Source: Phoronis australis (lineage: Eukaryota > Animalia > Phoronida). Taken from it: a stretch of 64,000 nucleotides of DNA. A model generated the notes under the pieces. It saw nothing but the letters and a program-made list of their open reading frames with translations. It was not told the DNA's origin and searched no databases. The position numbers and the translations under genes were made by a program. Positions 14,101 to 25,433 of this stretch are shown here, piece by piece (position 1 is the stretch's first letter; the number at the start of each line of letters is the position of its first letter). The DNA lies in the NCBI GenBank assembly GCA_002633005.1, contig NMRA01000956.1, forward strand, positions 25,000 through 88,999. The letters run 5' to 3'.

Positions 14101-17100
14101 CAAGAATGATCTAGTTGTTTTAATATTTAATTCTAAGTTTCAGGAGACAGAATGGCTATAGAACTTTGAGCTCCAGATTCCCGTTTGGGAAACCCAGGTC
14201 GTGGATAACACAAGAACACAATTGAACATTGCCCGTCTAGGTGTCTCCAACTCCTCTGAGCTCTGTCTTACCAATGAATGTATGCAAGGGAGTAAATGAG
14301 AAGCTGGATATTACGCAAAAACGAATTCTGTGAGTGTGCAGCCTAATATTTAAAAAATTCTGGGTTTCAGACATTTGACGTCCAAGTTCAGAATACACTG
14401 TCTGGGATAGCAGCTTCTTTCATTTGGAAAGAGTGGACAGTGTACATTCCCTGTTCGAGGTTTTCATGTACTGCATGCACAAGTCCACGTAATCGGCCAT
14501 GTCCAGTGTATACCCACTCCTCATATTTTCAACAAATTTCCACAAATAAACATTTCATGCTTGCCAATTAAAGCTCTCCCTCAATGTGTAAAGTAATGAC
14601 TTCCTTGAAAGTTCCCCCGTCTTCATAAATATCAGTCTCATGCAAATTTATCCCCCAAAGCATAATCATGAAACTCGTTTATAGTCTTGAGCATTACTTA
14701 CATGATTGTAGTCTTATATGGGCAAGGAAAATAATGGTATACCTTTAGTTATCAAATGAGGCATTTACCCAAATTAACTTTCATGTAGACAAGTCTTTTC
14801 CCAACTTCTCATTTTTTTCATTTTTAAAAGTCCCTTTATATTTGGTTTAATGCACTAGTCCAATATCAACAATTATTTGTGTCTGCAAACAATGAAATTA
14901 ATGTAATAGGTTAAAACACGTCCAGTGCCAATCGTCTAACTGTAAAACCAGTACACATGCACCTAGACTCGTGTGCTCTTAATTGAAGATAAGCCAAGAT
15001 CTGAGTTCAGGTGCGCAAGCCCAAACACAAAAAATGGCACTGTTATGAGACAGTAGTGTCACCATTCGTGTCTATTGTGAGTCTGTTGAATTTTGTATCA
15101 TGTCAGGGCCTTGAATGTCCCAATTTTGGGGCCGAATATCAGCCCCATTACCCAACGAAAAGTAAATAAAAATTCACCAAAAGGTCCCAACAGGTTTAAA
15201 AATATGACTGAAGGATAGAATCGCTTTTAACTCCCAAAGAACTTGGGATTTAGAATGTTTAATAAAATGAAAGAGAGCGGAATTGGGAGTGACCATGCTG
15301 CGCCACCTTCAGTCCATATTTAACAACACGTCCCAATTTATGATATCCACTTGCCGTGCAGACAAAAGACAGCCACATGTGACAGTGAGTTGCGTACACC
15401 AGTCCTAAAGCAAAAGATAACCATTTGAAAATACATTTTGTCAAATATGGTGTCGTTCGTCTGAATGCATGTATACGTATTAACAACAATATAGCAATGT
15501 TTTATTGAAAAGTTTAATTCAGACACTGCACTGACACTCTACTGTAACTGTTATGTTTTATTAGAATATTAATCTGAAACAAGAAAACACATGACAAAAA
15601 CAAACAGGCATAACACGTGCACAAAACTTCACCAAACTAAATATTATTAAACAAAAAAACTTTTCAGTTAAGGCTATGTGTCAAAACCTGGATTCCAATA
15701 TCTTCATTTTTTTAAATTAAATAAATTCAAGTCACACAGTTTTTGACTTCATTTTGTGCCTATATGAAACAACAGTTAGAAGTTATTAATTGAAGACATA
15801 AAGGTAACAAAACAAAGTTTAGAACTGGATGACAACCTGATCTAAATGGGATGAGGGTAGGACTGGGGCTGGATTCAGGAAGCTGTATAGAGGGGTACTG
15901 GCCAGGAGACCCGTTCAGACGCCAGTATTGCTAAGAAAGGGAGAATTTAATTTTAGAAGTAAGCAGCATAGTGTGCTTCAAATTGTTGCAGACTCGTTCA
16001 CAGCTATCTCAGTTCTGTTTCTTGAAATGTGACTTACGACACAAATTTGATCTTAGGCTCTTTTCTGAAAAATATACAAATCTGCTTGAGCAAAAGTGCA
16101 AAGTCTCTTAGAATGTACACTGACTCCGAGACATCATACTTGGTAGATTATTTCTAGATTGTCAAGTGCTCATTAATTACTGCAAAGTGAGAGTGCAAGA
16201 TCTAATTTCTGTTAAGTCATAAGTCACCATCATGAAACACCTTCAACTGATATATTAATAATAAGAAAACAATTCATTTATTAACACTGCCTAGTGAATT
16301 CAGTTTCCCACTTGCATACACACCACATACAATTACTCAAAAGCATTCATCATTAGTGCTAAAAAGTTTTTGAGAACTAAAGGTAAATAACACCTTCCAA
16401 GCTTATTGATCATTGTTGAATTATGGCTTAATGCAATATTGAAGTTAGGTGGGAGATTTCAGACAAAAAATAATTGCCAAAATACTGCCCCTTGTGAATG
16501 CATTCAAAATGTCTGATAGCGGATATGCTCAGAACATAAGGCGTCCAATTGGTGCTACATTTGATTTCACGGAAACACCGAGAAATATCACCTGTCGACC
16601 ATACTGAGCCCTAAATTGGTGAGATTCTTTCAATCGCTGCCTAGTTGCAGTTGGAATCAATGCACAATACGTCTATCATTACAGCTGCGTTAGTGTTTTC
16701 AAATAAATCACGCTGACTCTACTTCCCTGAAACTCACCATGTCGTCATCAACGTACATTTCAGGTTCATCAAAAGTTGTCTTGAACAGTTCAAAGGTCGG
16801 GTCAAACTCGCACAGTTCCGGCAAGTCATGCAAAAGCTCGTGCCTGCCATGAACACAAAACAAAATGTAGTTCAGCCTTAAAGAAGTTATTAATTATTAA
16901 GAGGTCGTTCAACTAAACTATACGAAACAAATACACAGCTTAGCATCATGTTATTCCACTAGTTGGAAATGCTTTACCCGAAGCCTGTTCAATAATTAGG
17001 GTGGAAGCAAGTGATGCTCACTTCCTGAAAAGTTTTTACCAGTGAGTGCACACGAGCTTACATGAGGGGTGCAATGGCCCTCTTGGTAGCTAGTTCACTA

Positions 17101-20100
17101 GTCCAAGATGACTTGGGAGTTTTATGTTCATTAGACTGGATTGCAAGAAACATGTCACGAGTGAAAATGACGATTTGTGCTCTTAATAGCTAAGAACAGC
17201 TTTCGTGGAAGTCATTTTGGAATTGAATTGAGCACACGTTATTGCTCAGTAGTGAGTTTTTACCTAAGCAGGCATGTGTTTTATCAAACAGGCTTCTGGT
17301 CGTCCAAATACAGGTAGTAACAAATACAACTCCACCATATGTAACTCTTAGTTTCACTCAGTGATGCTTATACCAAATTTTTGAAATCTAATTCTTTTGG
17401 GAAAAGCTACCAAAATTTCACTGAGAATCCAGTGTGGTCACGAATGCATTGACCACGCTCACACTGCTGGGAATGGAAATTACGGGAAATTGTGAAATAA
17501 ATCAAGATTAATCAACAGTCTTGCTAGTTTACCTGAGCTTAACAGGAAGATCAATAGCAGCCGTGCTCTGCATCGAGTATGTAAAAACTCTCTGGCTGAA
17601 AGTTGTCACCTCATCTGAAATGAATAATTCCATTAAAATCACTTTTAAAACTAAATTTGCCTACCAACATATTCATTCCTAAATACTAAATGCAGATTAC
17701 TTGGTCATTAGGAATCATCTCACTAAGGGCATCCAAAACAGAAAAAAATGATTTCATATGACATACGAGTAATTAACTCTTTAATCAAAGCAGCATCTAA
17801 CACAGTTCAGTTGGCTAAGAAACGAGAGTCAAAGTGGTCACGTCTAAAATTGCAAATTTGAAAATGCCCATGTATGCCCTGCTTATAAAATAAGCTGGTA
17901 CTAGAAATTTAATAATATAATCTTATCAAGGAAAGGAATATTATGAGACTAATTTTCGTTTTTTAGTCAGCAATACAGGGCCATAAAATTATGAAAGACA
18001 GGGCCATAAAATTTATCCATCTTGTGTCACTTTTTATGTTCAAACTGAAAAAGTTATAATTAATAAGAAACTTACCTCACAAGCTTATTTATTTGTGTTT
18101 TGAAGTGTAGATGAAAGACACCTTTTTCAAATCACAGCCATAACTGACCAATATTTCATCAGTTACAATGAAAAAATACCTCTAGAATGGCTGGCTTTGG
18201 TCTTACCTTGAAAAAAACAGGTCTGGCAGCCGGCAAAATAATGAAAAAGGCACCAAAGACTAAACAGACATTTTGAAAAATTCATTATTTAAAACAAGTC
18301 AAAATGTAAGGTCACTCAACTAGGGGGAAAACATGGAAGTATAACCAGCTGGCTCTTGAGTGATTTCTGAGGAGAGTTGATAGCACCCTTTCATAACATG
18401 ACAGTCTGTGGAATTACTTATGACAAATTCATGGAAATACTGTCAGGTCAATTTAGATATTAATTGCATTTGCCAATGAGAGCAATTGAAATGATTACTT
18501 CATCAGCAAATAAGAAACAGATCACCTATTTAAGTTGTTTTATGACATGCATATCTTGCAATCAATGGAGATTTGCACACAATGTACTTTAAGTCGAATT
18601 TCGGTATGAATGGAGACGTTTTGTACATCGTATACAGGTCTCCACCACTTTTATATGACTTATCACTCGGAACACAGATGCCACCTACTGTCCTGCTTAA
18701 AGAGACAAAAGCACATGTTGGAATTATTGTTGGATACAAAAGATTTCTTGAAGTTATTAGGTTTGACTAGGGTTATAAAACAACAAAATCCGAATGTTTT
18801 GTTTGGTAATTTCCTTCAAATTGGCCGACCTCACAAAATCATGTTTCTCGCCAATGTCCCTGTAAGTGAATGCTTACGTGACAGGTAGTCATGCTGCTTA
18901 GCGTACACCTTGATCACTCCGTACATAAGTTGTGCAGAAAGGTAGAGTGAGAAGCGTGGACGAGAGGTGTGGTAATCAGCCGGCTGAACCCTCACACAGA
19001 TGTAGTCAACCAAGTCTTCACTATAAATACAACATGAGGATAGAGGCCGTCATATAGAGCAGAGATAATTAAACAAAAATGTTGGACATCAAATAAACAT
19101 ATAATGACTTTTAAAACTAAATTGTCTTAAAAGAAACTCTGTGGGCACTTCCGTCTGTGACAGACGTACAGTCAGAGAAGGTTTTGGTTAATTGTGAAAA
19201 ATCATTTCAAGCCAGAAAAGGAAAACAATCACTAGGTCTCATACAAGAAGGCATTTGTCAATACGTAACACAATTTTGTCTTTTCCTTTTGCTTAACTAA
19301 AAATTGAAGTGCTGTACAGATGTACCCAATGAATTTAAAGTTCTTCTACCAACTTTTGATTACCTGTGAATTGCACATGACGATTTAATGGTTATTATAA
19401 GTAAATGTAAATTATTTGCTGTGAAACCATTTCATTCAACCAGACAAAACACTGAAATACACAACCGTGACAACAGATAGCGCAGGTTGCATGACAAAAA
19501 TGCACGATAAAGTTGGTCAAGGATTGCTAACATTTAAACAAGAGCAACGTGAAGTGTTGAAATGCACCCATTACAGCATCGCAAATGGTATGCTTCTAGA
19601 GGTGTTTATTTCCAGCAGAAAAAATGGCCATTAGATGGCACAGAATACAATCAACCTATCCAAAAATGGGACGGTATCATCGTATCTCAAAATTATTTGC
19701 CAAATTTCATGAAAATCTGTCAAAGTTCTCCAAAGATACAAAAGCAAATGTAAAAAAACACTGCCACTAGGAGCCACAGCAATAGTCAATCCATCTACTT
19801 GCAGTCAGGTTAATAGGAATAGAAATTGCAAAATTTCCAAAACATTGCAAGGGGTTTGGGAGATACAGCGCCATAGATGTGAAAAAATGTCACTCAGGGG
19901 CACCACAATAGTTGGAACTGTTTGAAAATACACGTCAGTCATGCTCTTGTCAGAAGGAACACATCTGCCAATTTTCATAAAGATCCTCTGCACGGTTTGG
20001 CAGATATAGAAGCTGATGACCAAAACCAGACTAAAAATAAATAAAATGGCCAATAATTGATGCAGAATACGTCAAATCCATCACACAAAGGAAAGGTACT

Positions 20101-23100
20101 GCAATCTTGATAATAGGAATTTAAATTTCATGAAACAGCATTTGGAAAATCTGACTCGAAGCAGATGTAAAAAATAAAATTGCCACTAGGGAGCACACCC
20201 GTCCTATATTTGGATTGGTCTGAAACCGACCGTCATCTGTTGCCATCTCCATAGGAACACAACTGATAAATTTCAGAAAGATTTTGCAAAGGATAATGGA
20301 GATACACTAACAGCCGTGAATGCAAAAAAATAAAATTGCTACTAGGATGTGCCAAAGTAGTTGAACACATCCGAAAATAAAATGTCAGCCTCGATCTTTT
20401 CATCCGGAACACATCTCCAAGTTTTAATAATGATCCTTCAAGTGGTTTGGTGGAGGGAGAGGATGACGTCAAAAACATAATTAAAACTTTGTTTAAATGG
20501 CCACCGAGTGGTGCAGAATATGTCAAATCCGCCCGAAAATGAGGAGTTGCGATCTCCTTAATAGAAACCTATATCTTGCAAGAGCTGACGATAATAAAAA
20601 TGGCCGCTATACGTCAAATCCATCCGAAATGGGGACCTGTCAATTCCTTAATAGAAACTAATCTATTAAATTTCAAAACAATCTGACAAGGAGTTTCAAA
20701 AATACAGAGGACAACGAATAAAATTGCCATTACGGGGAAAAGAGGTAGTCAGATCTATCCAAATGTCATCGTTGTCCGTTGTCAATACACTTGCCAAATT
20801 TATCCTGCACAGCAAAGTGTTTGGGAGATAAAGCAATGGACAAACAACGGCCACTAAGAGGCGCCACAGTATTCAAAGTCATCCAAAAATCATCATCAGC
20901 CAATTTTCATAACCATCCTTAGAGTGGTTTGGTTGAAAGAGGGGAGGATGCCAAAAACAGGCTAGAAAACGGTAAAAATTACCACTAGATGGCACAATCC
21001 ATCGAAACGTGAACATGTCATTGTTTTCTCAATAGACAGTTATTAACCAAATTTCATAAAAATCCATTAAGGAACTTCAGAGAAACAGAGGAAAACGGAC
21101 AGAAAATGAAATTGCCATTAGAGGGATCAGCGTTCCTTGGTTTCATTCTAAAGTCGTCATCATTCCATATAAATACGCTCGCTAAATGTAATAAAGATCC
21201 TGCAGAAGGTATAGGAGATACAGCCATGGCTGCAAAAAACTGTCACTAGGAGGCGCCACAGTAATCAAAGTTGTCAGAAAATAATCGTCAGCAGTCCTGT
21301 TCACAGTAGAAACATATTTGCCAGTTTTCAGAATCATCCTTAGAGTGGTTTGGCTGATAGAGGAGCGGACTTGAAAACAGTAAAAATGGCCACTAGGAGG
21401 CGCAAAATAGCTCAAATCCATCCAAAACTGAAATGATTGTAACATCTCACAAAAAGAAGCCTAACTACCAAATTTTATGAAAATCCGTTGAGGACCTTTA
21501 AAGATAAGGTAATCGTAAAAAATACAATTGCCGCTAGGGAGCACACCGGTAGAAGGAACCATCCGAAAGTCTTAAGTTTGTTCATCTGTCCATTCCACCA
21601 AAGGAACAAATGTGCAACATTTCATGAACATACATCAAAGGGTTTTGGAGATAGAGGAGCGGACGCTGGACGGACGCCTGAAGGACACTGGACGGATAGA
21701 GATGATGGCTTAAAAATGTCTCACATCCACGAAACATGCATCGTGGGTCAGAGTAGAAAAATGCTCTTGATTCTAGCAGAACACCTAACTCATATCTATT
21801 CATTTTGGGCCAATTGTTATTTTAACACCAGAGAAGATCAAGAAGTTTTTTGCATGAATATTTTTTGCTTTCGTCATATTCCAAAAACTAAGGATATCTG
21901 TAGCCAGGCAATGGCAACGCTGCAAAAGTCAAGCTTCGTACAGTGAAACTGTTACAATCACAAGTTATCCCATGGGCCTGTGAAGTGCCTGGGCATTTGT
22001 TGTATGCCACAAGATTACTCAGATCAGGTGAAGCCCACATATCCAGAAAGTGCATTATATGAAATTACCCAATACACATCAGTAAAGACCATGGCCATGA
22101 GCTGGCATCACTGTCCATCCTGTGGCACCAAATGAGGTATGACTCTGTAAAATGTTAGCTTTACTTACTACCAAATATGAGAAATGGCACCCGAGGGTTG
22201 GAACTGACAATAATGGGTGAAGAAAGTTTTCCACTCAACCAAAAATTTCACTTTAGAAAGACACATGCATCTGTCCCCTCTGCAGATGAGCGAGGGCCCT
22301 GGCAATATTCATGGTAAGTTGGGTGACTGGAAATTTCTCATCCATTGAGAAGCTTCTTTTGGGATTCGTGGGTACTAAGCACTGATCTTCAACACCATGT
22401 ACTGAATTACACTCAAATTAACTGCAAAGCTTATGTTAAAAGTTTTCGTAGTCAAATTAACCTACCACGTTCTACGGACATTTACACTGGAATAGTCCCT
22501 CTTAGTTAAATGACTGGCTTTAGTAGCTGCTATCCTGCAAACAGTAAACAGGTTATTTCATGGATGTTACATGTACCTACACAATGAAGCCATAAATACA
22601 GCACACTTCAGAAGAAATTGGACAAAGTACCACTTGTGTGGATCCTCCCTGTATATACATATATTTTAAGTTATTAATCTTTGACCCTTTTAATTATAGC
22701 AACGCCCCTATTCTGCCTTCAAACTGTAAGGTCATTAATAGTACGGTATATCCAGTGTTTGATTCAAAGGGTCAAAGGTTAACCCAACACATGAATACAC
22801 GGCCTCATTCACTGCCAGAGATCCATTTGCGGCAAAAATGACTGCAAGCGATATCCCATCATAAATCGTCATGTCAGTTGTAATCTCCACGTAATCATCC
22901 ATGCTCATAAAGTTCACCCATCATTCCTGATCATATCAGACGTCTGCTGTGACACAATGGATTCTGCACGTCCTCAGCCGTCATGGTGGAACGGAAATCC
23001 AAGTCATTTTCATAATTCCACTACCCACGTTACTGGCCCATAAAAAGTTGCATTTATGTTCTCAGGCCAGCTGGCAAATTAAAATCATTTTGCAGCAATT

Positions 23101-25433
23101 GCACCTAATTTTGTCTTGTCTCAGGAATTGCATGCATTCACATTCAGATTCTAACATTATAATCAATGCAGACCAGCTGATCTAAACAAATGCTATTTGC
23201 CAAATTCAACCTGAGCAACAGGGGTGTCCAGCGGAGTTGTGAAAATGTGGACTTAAGTGTCAGGATAACAAAAAATAAATGCAGTAAACACGTAGACCAG
23301 TAGCACTGCACTGGAACAGCTGACCAAGCCCTACACATGAAACATCACGGCTGCCCACGAGTCAAATGAAAGCGCTCCGAGGAGCGAAACTTGGCGAAAT
23401 TAACCAAAAAGATGACAATAAAGATGATGACGAAGATGACGAATGAGACGACGATGGTGGCGAGGATGAACAAAAGAAGTAATACTAACACACACATGAC
23501 GAACGTAGATGTCCGAAATCAGTAAGACAAAGGCTACAGTCTTGAGCGACACTTGGCGAAATTAACGGAAAAGACAACGACGGAGATGATGACGAAGATG
23601 ATGACGAATATGATGATGGTGGTGGCGATGATGAACAACATCACAACATTCATATGACGAACTTAGATGTCATAAATCAATAAGAAATAGGCTACAGTCT
23701 AGTTCAATAGAAAATAAACCAACATCAATGCAGCGAGAGCGCTCAACAAAGGAACAGCGTTATCAGAAAATCTCAAATAACTCGAAAAGTAGACCTCCTA
23801 GCGAAAAATAGAAAACATCTTCTGAAAGCCCGTTCAAAATTCTATCTAAACTGATGGTATCGTTTAATTCCGTAAATTTTTCGAAAAAAATGAAATTTTG
23901 CGTTTTTTTAAGAAATTCAAAGTCAAAAAAAATTGTTACAGGCCATTTGAAAGAATATACTTCAAAGAATCCACATGCAAAAAATCACGTCTTTTTCTCT
24001 TCCCGTTTAAAATCGCACTCCAGCACGACTGAAATGGGTCAACATGCACTAGATCCGCCATCTTGAAAGCAACTTCCGGCTTTTTGGCTTTGTATAATAG
24101 CATGTCATAAGAAACTAATACCTGTAAAAATTCGAAGGAATTGGCCTTATAATGCGCCCTCTACAGGAGAAAACGTTTTTAGGCCAAAATCGAGGTGCGC
24201 ATGCGCGATCGCCGATATTTCCGCCATCTTTACCGGAAGTAAACAATTTCCGGTATACTTGTAAAAAACTTCTGGTCCATTTACTGTGCCGATTCTTAGC
24301 CTTTTATGTAAAAAATTGTAGCCTCCAGAAGAATTTGAACCTTTAAATGAAAACAAAATGGCCGCCACAGCCGCCATCTTGGATCTGATTTTGACGAAAA
24401 ACAATAGGCTTCCAGTACTTCCGGAAGTACATGTGATGTGTAAATTTCGTGATGATCGGACGAAAATTGCGACCTGTATCGTACGAACAAACAAGACAAA
24501 AAAAAATTAGTGGAAGAGCAACATACTTGGCGAAATTTATTTCGCCAAGTAATGACCCTGGCCATAGCCAAGTTTAATTTTTTTCTAAAATGATACCTGC
24601 TTTTGATGTGAATTGCAAGCCAGTCAAAGACCAGTAACAGCCACCAAACAGTCTGGGCAGGATGACATTAAACATTTGATCAAGGCACCTACACTTTTTT
24701 TCTACTGTGCTCACTAAATTGTTTCTTGAAATGTCTGAGTTCTTAATAGAATTTCTTAGTTTTCAAAATCTCCATTACTGAGTCACTCCAGTGCCAGGAA
24801 ATAATGCTACATATCTGATGCCATCTAGCTTGTTTTGACAAGGGACTTAAAATTGTCAGCACCATTAAACCATCCTTTACAACAACTGCATACGTATCAC
24901 AAAACCACAGACATGAGTGTGATGTACGAATGTACCCAGCAGAGCCAAGGTGTCATGAGTTTCTTGTACAAACTTGCACTACACCGATAATTCTCCAATG
25001 CCACTCAGGAAAGTGAGGAGCCACAGCGTGGTCAAATACTGAGTTCTCACAGCCACCACAAAGCAGCACCTTACCATTCCTTACTATACCATAAACCACA
25101 GTAAAACAGCAGCAATATCTGACGTTTTTTCACATTAAACACATTGGAGAAGGACTACTACTGCGATTGGTTGTCCCCATTTTATGTAGTAATGCATCGA
25201 CCAATTAATGCTTGTAACTCGAGATCAGTTAACATATCGTCAGATAGTGTTTGCGGGTGTTCTAATTTGACAGTGGATCGAATTGTGGGGTAATTGATTT
25301 TTGGCGTTTTTAATATGAAATTAGTGATTTTTAACAATTTAACAGAACATTTTGCTTTTTTTAATGTCTTAACTTACCAAACAATTCCAAATTTTCCTCC
25401 ACGTTTTTGTAGAATATCTTGACTGTAGAACAT
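2117..25433 (-). CDS. REC8: Meiotic cohesin kleisin subunit REC8-like (Rad21/Rec8 family), 16 coding exons, 593 aa
   Basis: Hand-spliced exons: 25433-25378, 22534-22466, 19020-18878, 17614-17533, 16843-16738, 15930-15837, 13849-13773, 11829-11699, 10686-10407, 9899-9833, 8029-7961, 7125-7070, 6293-6172, 5480-5241, 4674-4568, 2199-2117. All introns are GT-AG, phases join, total 1782 nt. N-terminus MFYSQDILQKRGGKFGIVWIAAT...RPRFSLYLSAQLMYGVIKVY is the Rad21/Rec8 N-terminal domain in its Rec8-type form; KRQLLFADEETTLS is the central conserved block; TTFAQICPTSYRRSVAASMFMSVLEL...HGEIIISRG is the C-terminal winged helix. Confidence 0.93.
2442..3154. repeat. 60 bp tandem repeat, about 12 identical copies, in the last REC8 intron
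   Basis: Unit tttagaagtcctgtaggcatgaatgtttaacttttgaacaactaatatctcactgtcatg repeats line for line and ends at the N at 3155. Confidence 0.97.
3156..3304. mobile_element. One end of a non-autonomous DNA transposon (GGGCCC terminus, possibly PIF/Harbinger-like)
   Basis: Repeated ttcgagt units, duplicated ttcgagtctgacattaggcac, terminus ...ggcaccgggccc; the other end is lost at the N. Confidence 0.4.
4568..4674 (-). CDS. REC8: REC8 coding exon 15 (LIASLTTVQPETTFAQICPTSYRRSVAASMFMSVL)
   Basis: Winged-helix pattern F...RxxAAxxF..L; GTAAG donor. Confidence 0.9.
4901..5170. mobile_element. Tc1/mariner-type MITE, 270 bp
   Basis: Left ta|cagggtgtcccaaaaatgtactcacact versus reverse complement of the right end cagagtgtccccaaaattttcctcacact; TA on the left, CA on the right. 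Confidence 0.75.
5241..5480 (-). CDS. REC8: REC8 coding exon 14 (SARKRSRLSRASSSEDELSIPE...HDEVL)
   Basis: Within ORF 5237..5488; phase 2/2. Confidence 0.87.
6172..6293 (-). CDS. REC8: REC8 coding exon 13 (QSAVSEQLRQDTSLEQ...MLTE)
   Basis: Open frame, phase 0/2, contains an ExxR motif. Confidence 0.85.
7070..7125 (-). CDS. REC8: REC8 coding exon 12 (IEEELLQVAEPVNVPQVE)
   Basis: CAG acceptor, GTTAG donor, phase 1/0. Confidence 0.8.
7529..7761. mobile_element. Palindromic (fold-back) MITE
   Basis: Three nested inverted pairs: aactccagttcccagaccagcagat / atctgctgctctgggactggggtt; cccctaaat / atttagggg; agattccttatcca / tgggtaaggaatct. Confidence 0.7.
7961..8029 (-). CDS. REC8: REC8 coding exon 11 (MGNHQLLPLWLRNCKTKRQAQE)
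   Basis: LxxLWxRxC motif; AAG acceptor, GTGAA donor, phase 1/1. Confidence 0.78.
8635..9466. mobile_element. TA-flanked CCGTA-type non-autonomous DNA element with internal repeats
   Basis: Right end ...atacgg|ta; the block gcctaaxtxagggacatttgagta occurs near both ends; the left terminus is degenerate. Confidence 0.5.
8645..8788. repeat. 18 bp tandem repeat, 8 copies
   Basis: Unit (g/a)cctaatggtgggactgc; explains the repetitive ORFs at 8520-8867. Confidence 0.92.
9833..9899 (-). CDS. REC8: REC8 coding exon 10 (VDVIPVVKARKLQDFFLQPTRK)
   Basis: TAG acceptor, GT donor, phase 0/1. Confidence 0.82.
10407..10686 (-). CDS. REC8: REC8 coding exon 9 (LHETPRVP...RKRQLLFADEETTLSKSTIRNNL...MDL)
   Basis: Within ORF 10341..10730; central RxRQLLFxDxETxxS block of Rec8. 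Confidence 0.9.
11699..11829 (-). CDS. REC8: REC8 coding exon 8 (IPGDLDIPPPDDLTLQ...SPVAQ)
   Basis: 3' part of ORF 11695..12000; CAG acceptor, GTGAG donor; phase 0/2. Confidence 0.85.
11899..12970. repeat. 67 bp minisatellite, 16 copies
   Basis: ggttagggaacgta recurs at 11916, 11983, 12050 ... 12921 (period 67); the unit is rich in AGT triplets. Confidence 0.96.
12971..13540. repeat. AGT/AGC low-complexity tract with an 81 bp unit (about 3.5 copies)
   Basis: gaagagcaagtaac at 13127, 13208 and 13289. Confidence 0.88.
13773..13849 (-). CDS. REC8: REC8 coding exon 7 (IGSPHTVPNQAITLVEHDRQRLPEG)
   Basis: ITLxE motif typical of kleisins; GTAAG donor; phase 1/0. Confidence 0.85.
15837..15930 (-). 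CDS. REC8: REC8 coding exon 6 (QYWRLNGSPGQYPSIQLPESSPSPTLIPFRS)
   Basis: Open frame, phase 0/1 bridges exons 5 and 7; the GTTGTC donor is weak. Confidence 0.75.
16738..16843 (-). CDS. REC8: REC8 coding exon 5 (HELLHDLPELCEFDPTFELF...DDDM)
   Basis: Open frame, CAG acceptor, GTGAG donor, phase 2/0. Confidence 0.85.
17533..17614 (-). CDS. REC8: REC8 coding exon 4 (EVTTFSQRVFTYSMQSTAAIDLPVKL)
   Basis: Phase 1/2 fits its neighbours; IDLP closes the N-terminal domain. Confidence 0.85.
18878..19020 (-). CDS. REC8: REC8 coding exon 3 (EDLVDYICVRV...RPRFSLYLSAQLMYGVIKVYAKQHDYLS)
   Basis: Rec8-type RPRFSLYLSAQL motif; within ORF 18831..19013; AG/GT flanks. Confidence 0.93.
19537..21760 (-). mobile_element. 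Helentron-derived non-autonomous element (HINE/DINE-1-like) with diverged central tandem repeats
   Basis: On the minus strand: T-rich start, hairpin ccacga/tcgtgg (21727-21746), GTCC-type microsatellite (about 21660-21697), about 15 diverged units of mostly 125-160 bp, and an end reading ...gttgctcttgttt as in DINE-1-like elements. Confidence 0.7.
22466..22534 (-). CDS. REC8: REC8 coding exon 2 (IAATKASHLTKRDYSSVNVRRT-C)
   Basis: Completes the W-IAAT motif; AG/GT flanks, phase 2/2. Confidence 0.9.
23365..24553 (-). mobile_element. Second HINE/Helentron-like non-autonomous element
   Basis: 13 bp-arm palindrome tacttggcgaaat-tt-atttcgccaagta at 24524-24551; the same acttggcgaaatt at 23389 and 23551; stem-loop cgctcc-ga-ggagcg at 23373-23386; short aaac/agac tract near 24486-24500. 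Confidence 0.65.
25378..25433 (-). CDS. REC8: REC8 coding exon 1 (MFYSQDILQKRGGKFGIV-W)
   Basis: ATG at 25433-25431, kleisin MFYS start, GTAAG donor; an acceptor (ttccacag) at 25454 implies an upstream non-coding exon. Confidence 0.92.

Noticed and set aside
14340-14530. Minus-strand frame with VYSELGR resembling a LINE motif
   Set aside because: A single short motif with no flanking RT motifs recognised.
21488-21946. 152 aa plus-strand ORF
   Set aside because: Crosses the end of the HINE-like repeat, antisense within a REC8 intron, no domain recognised.
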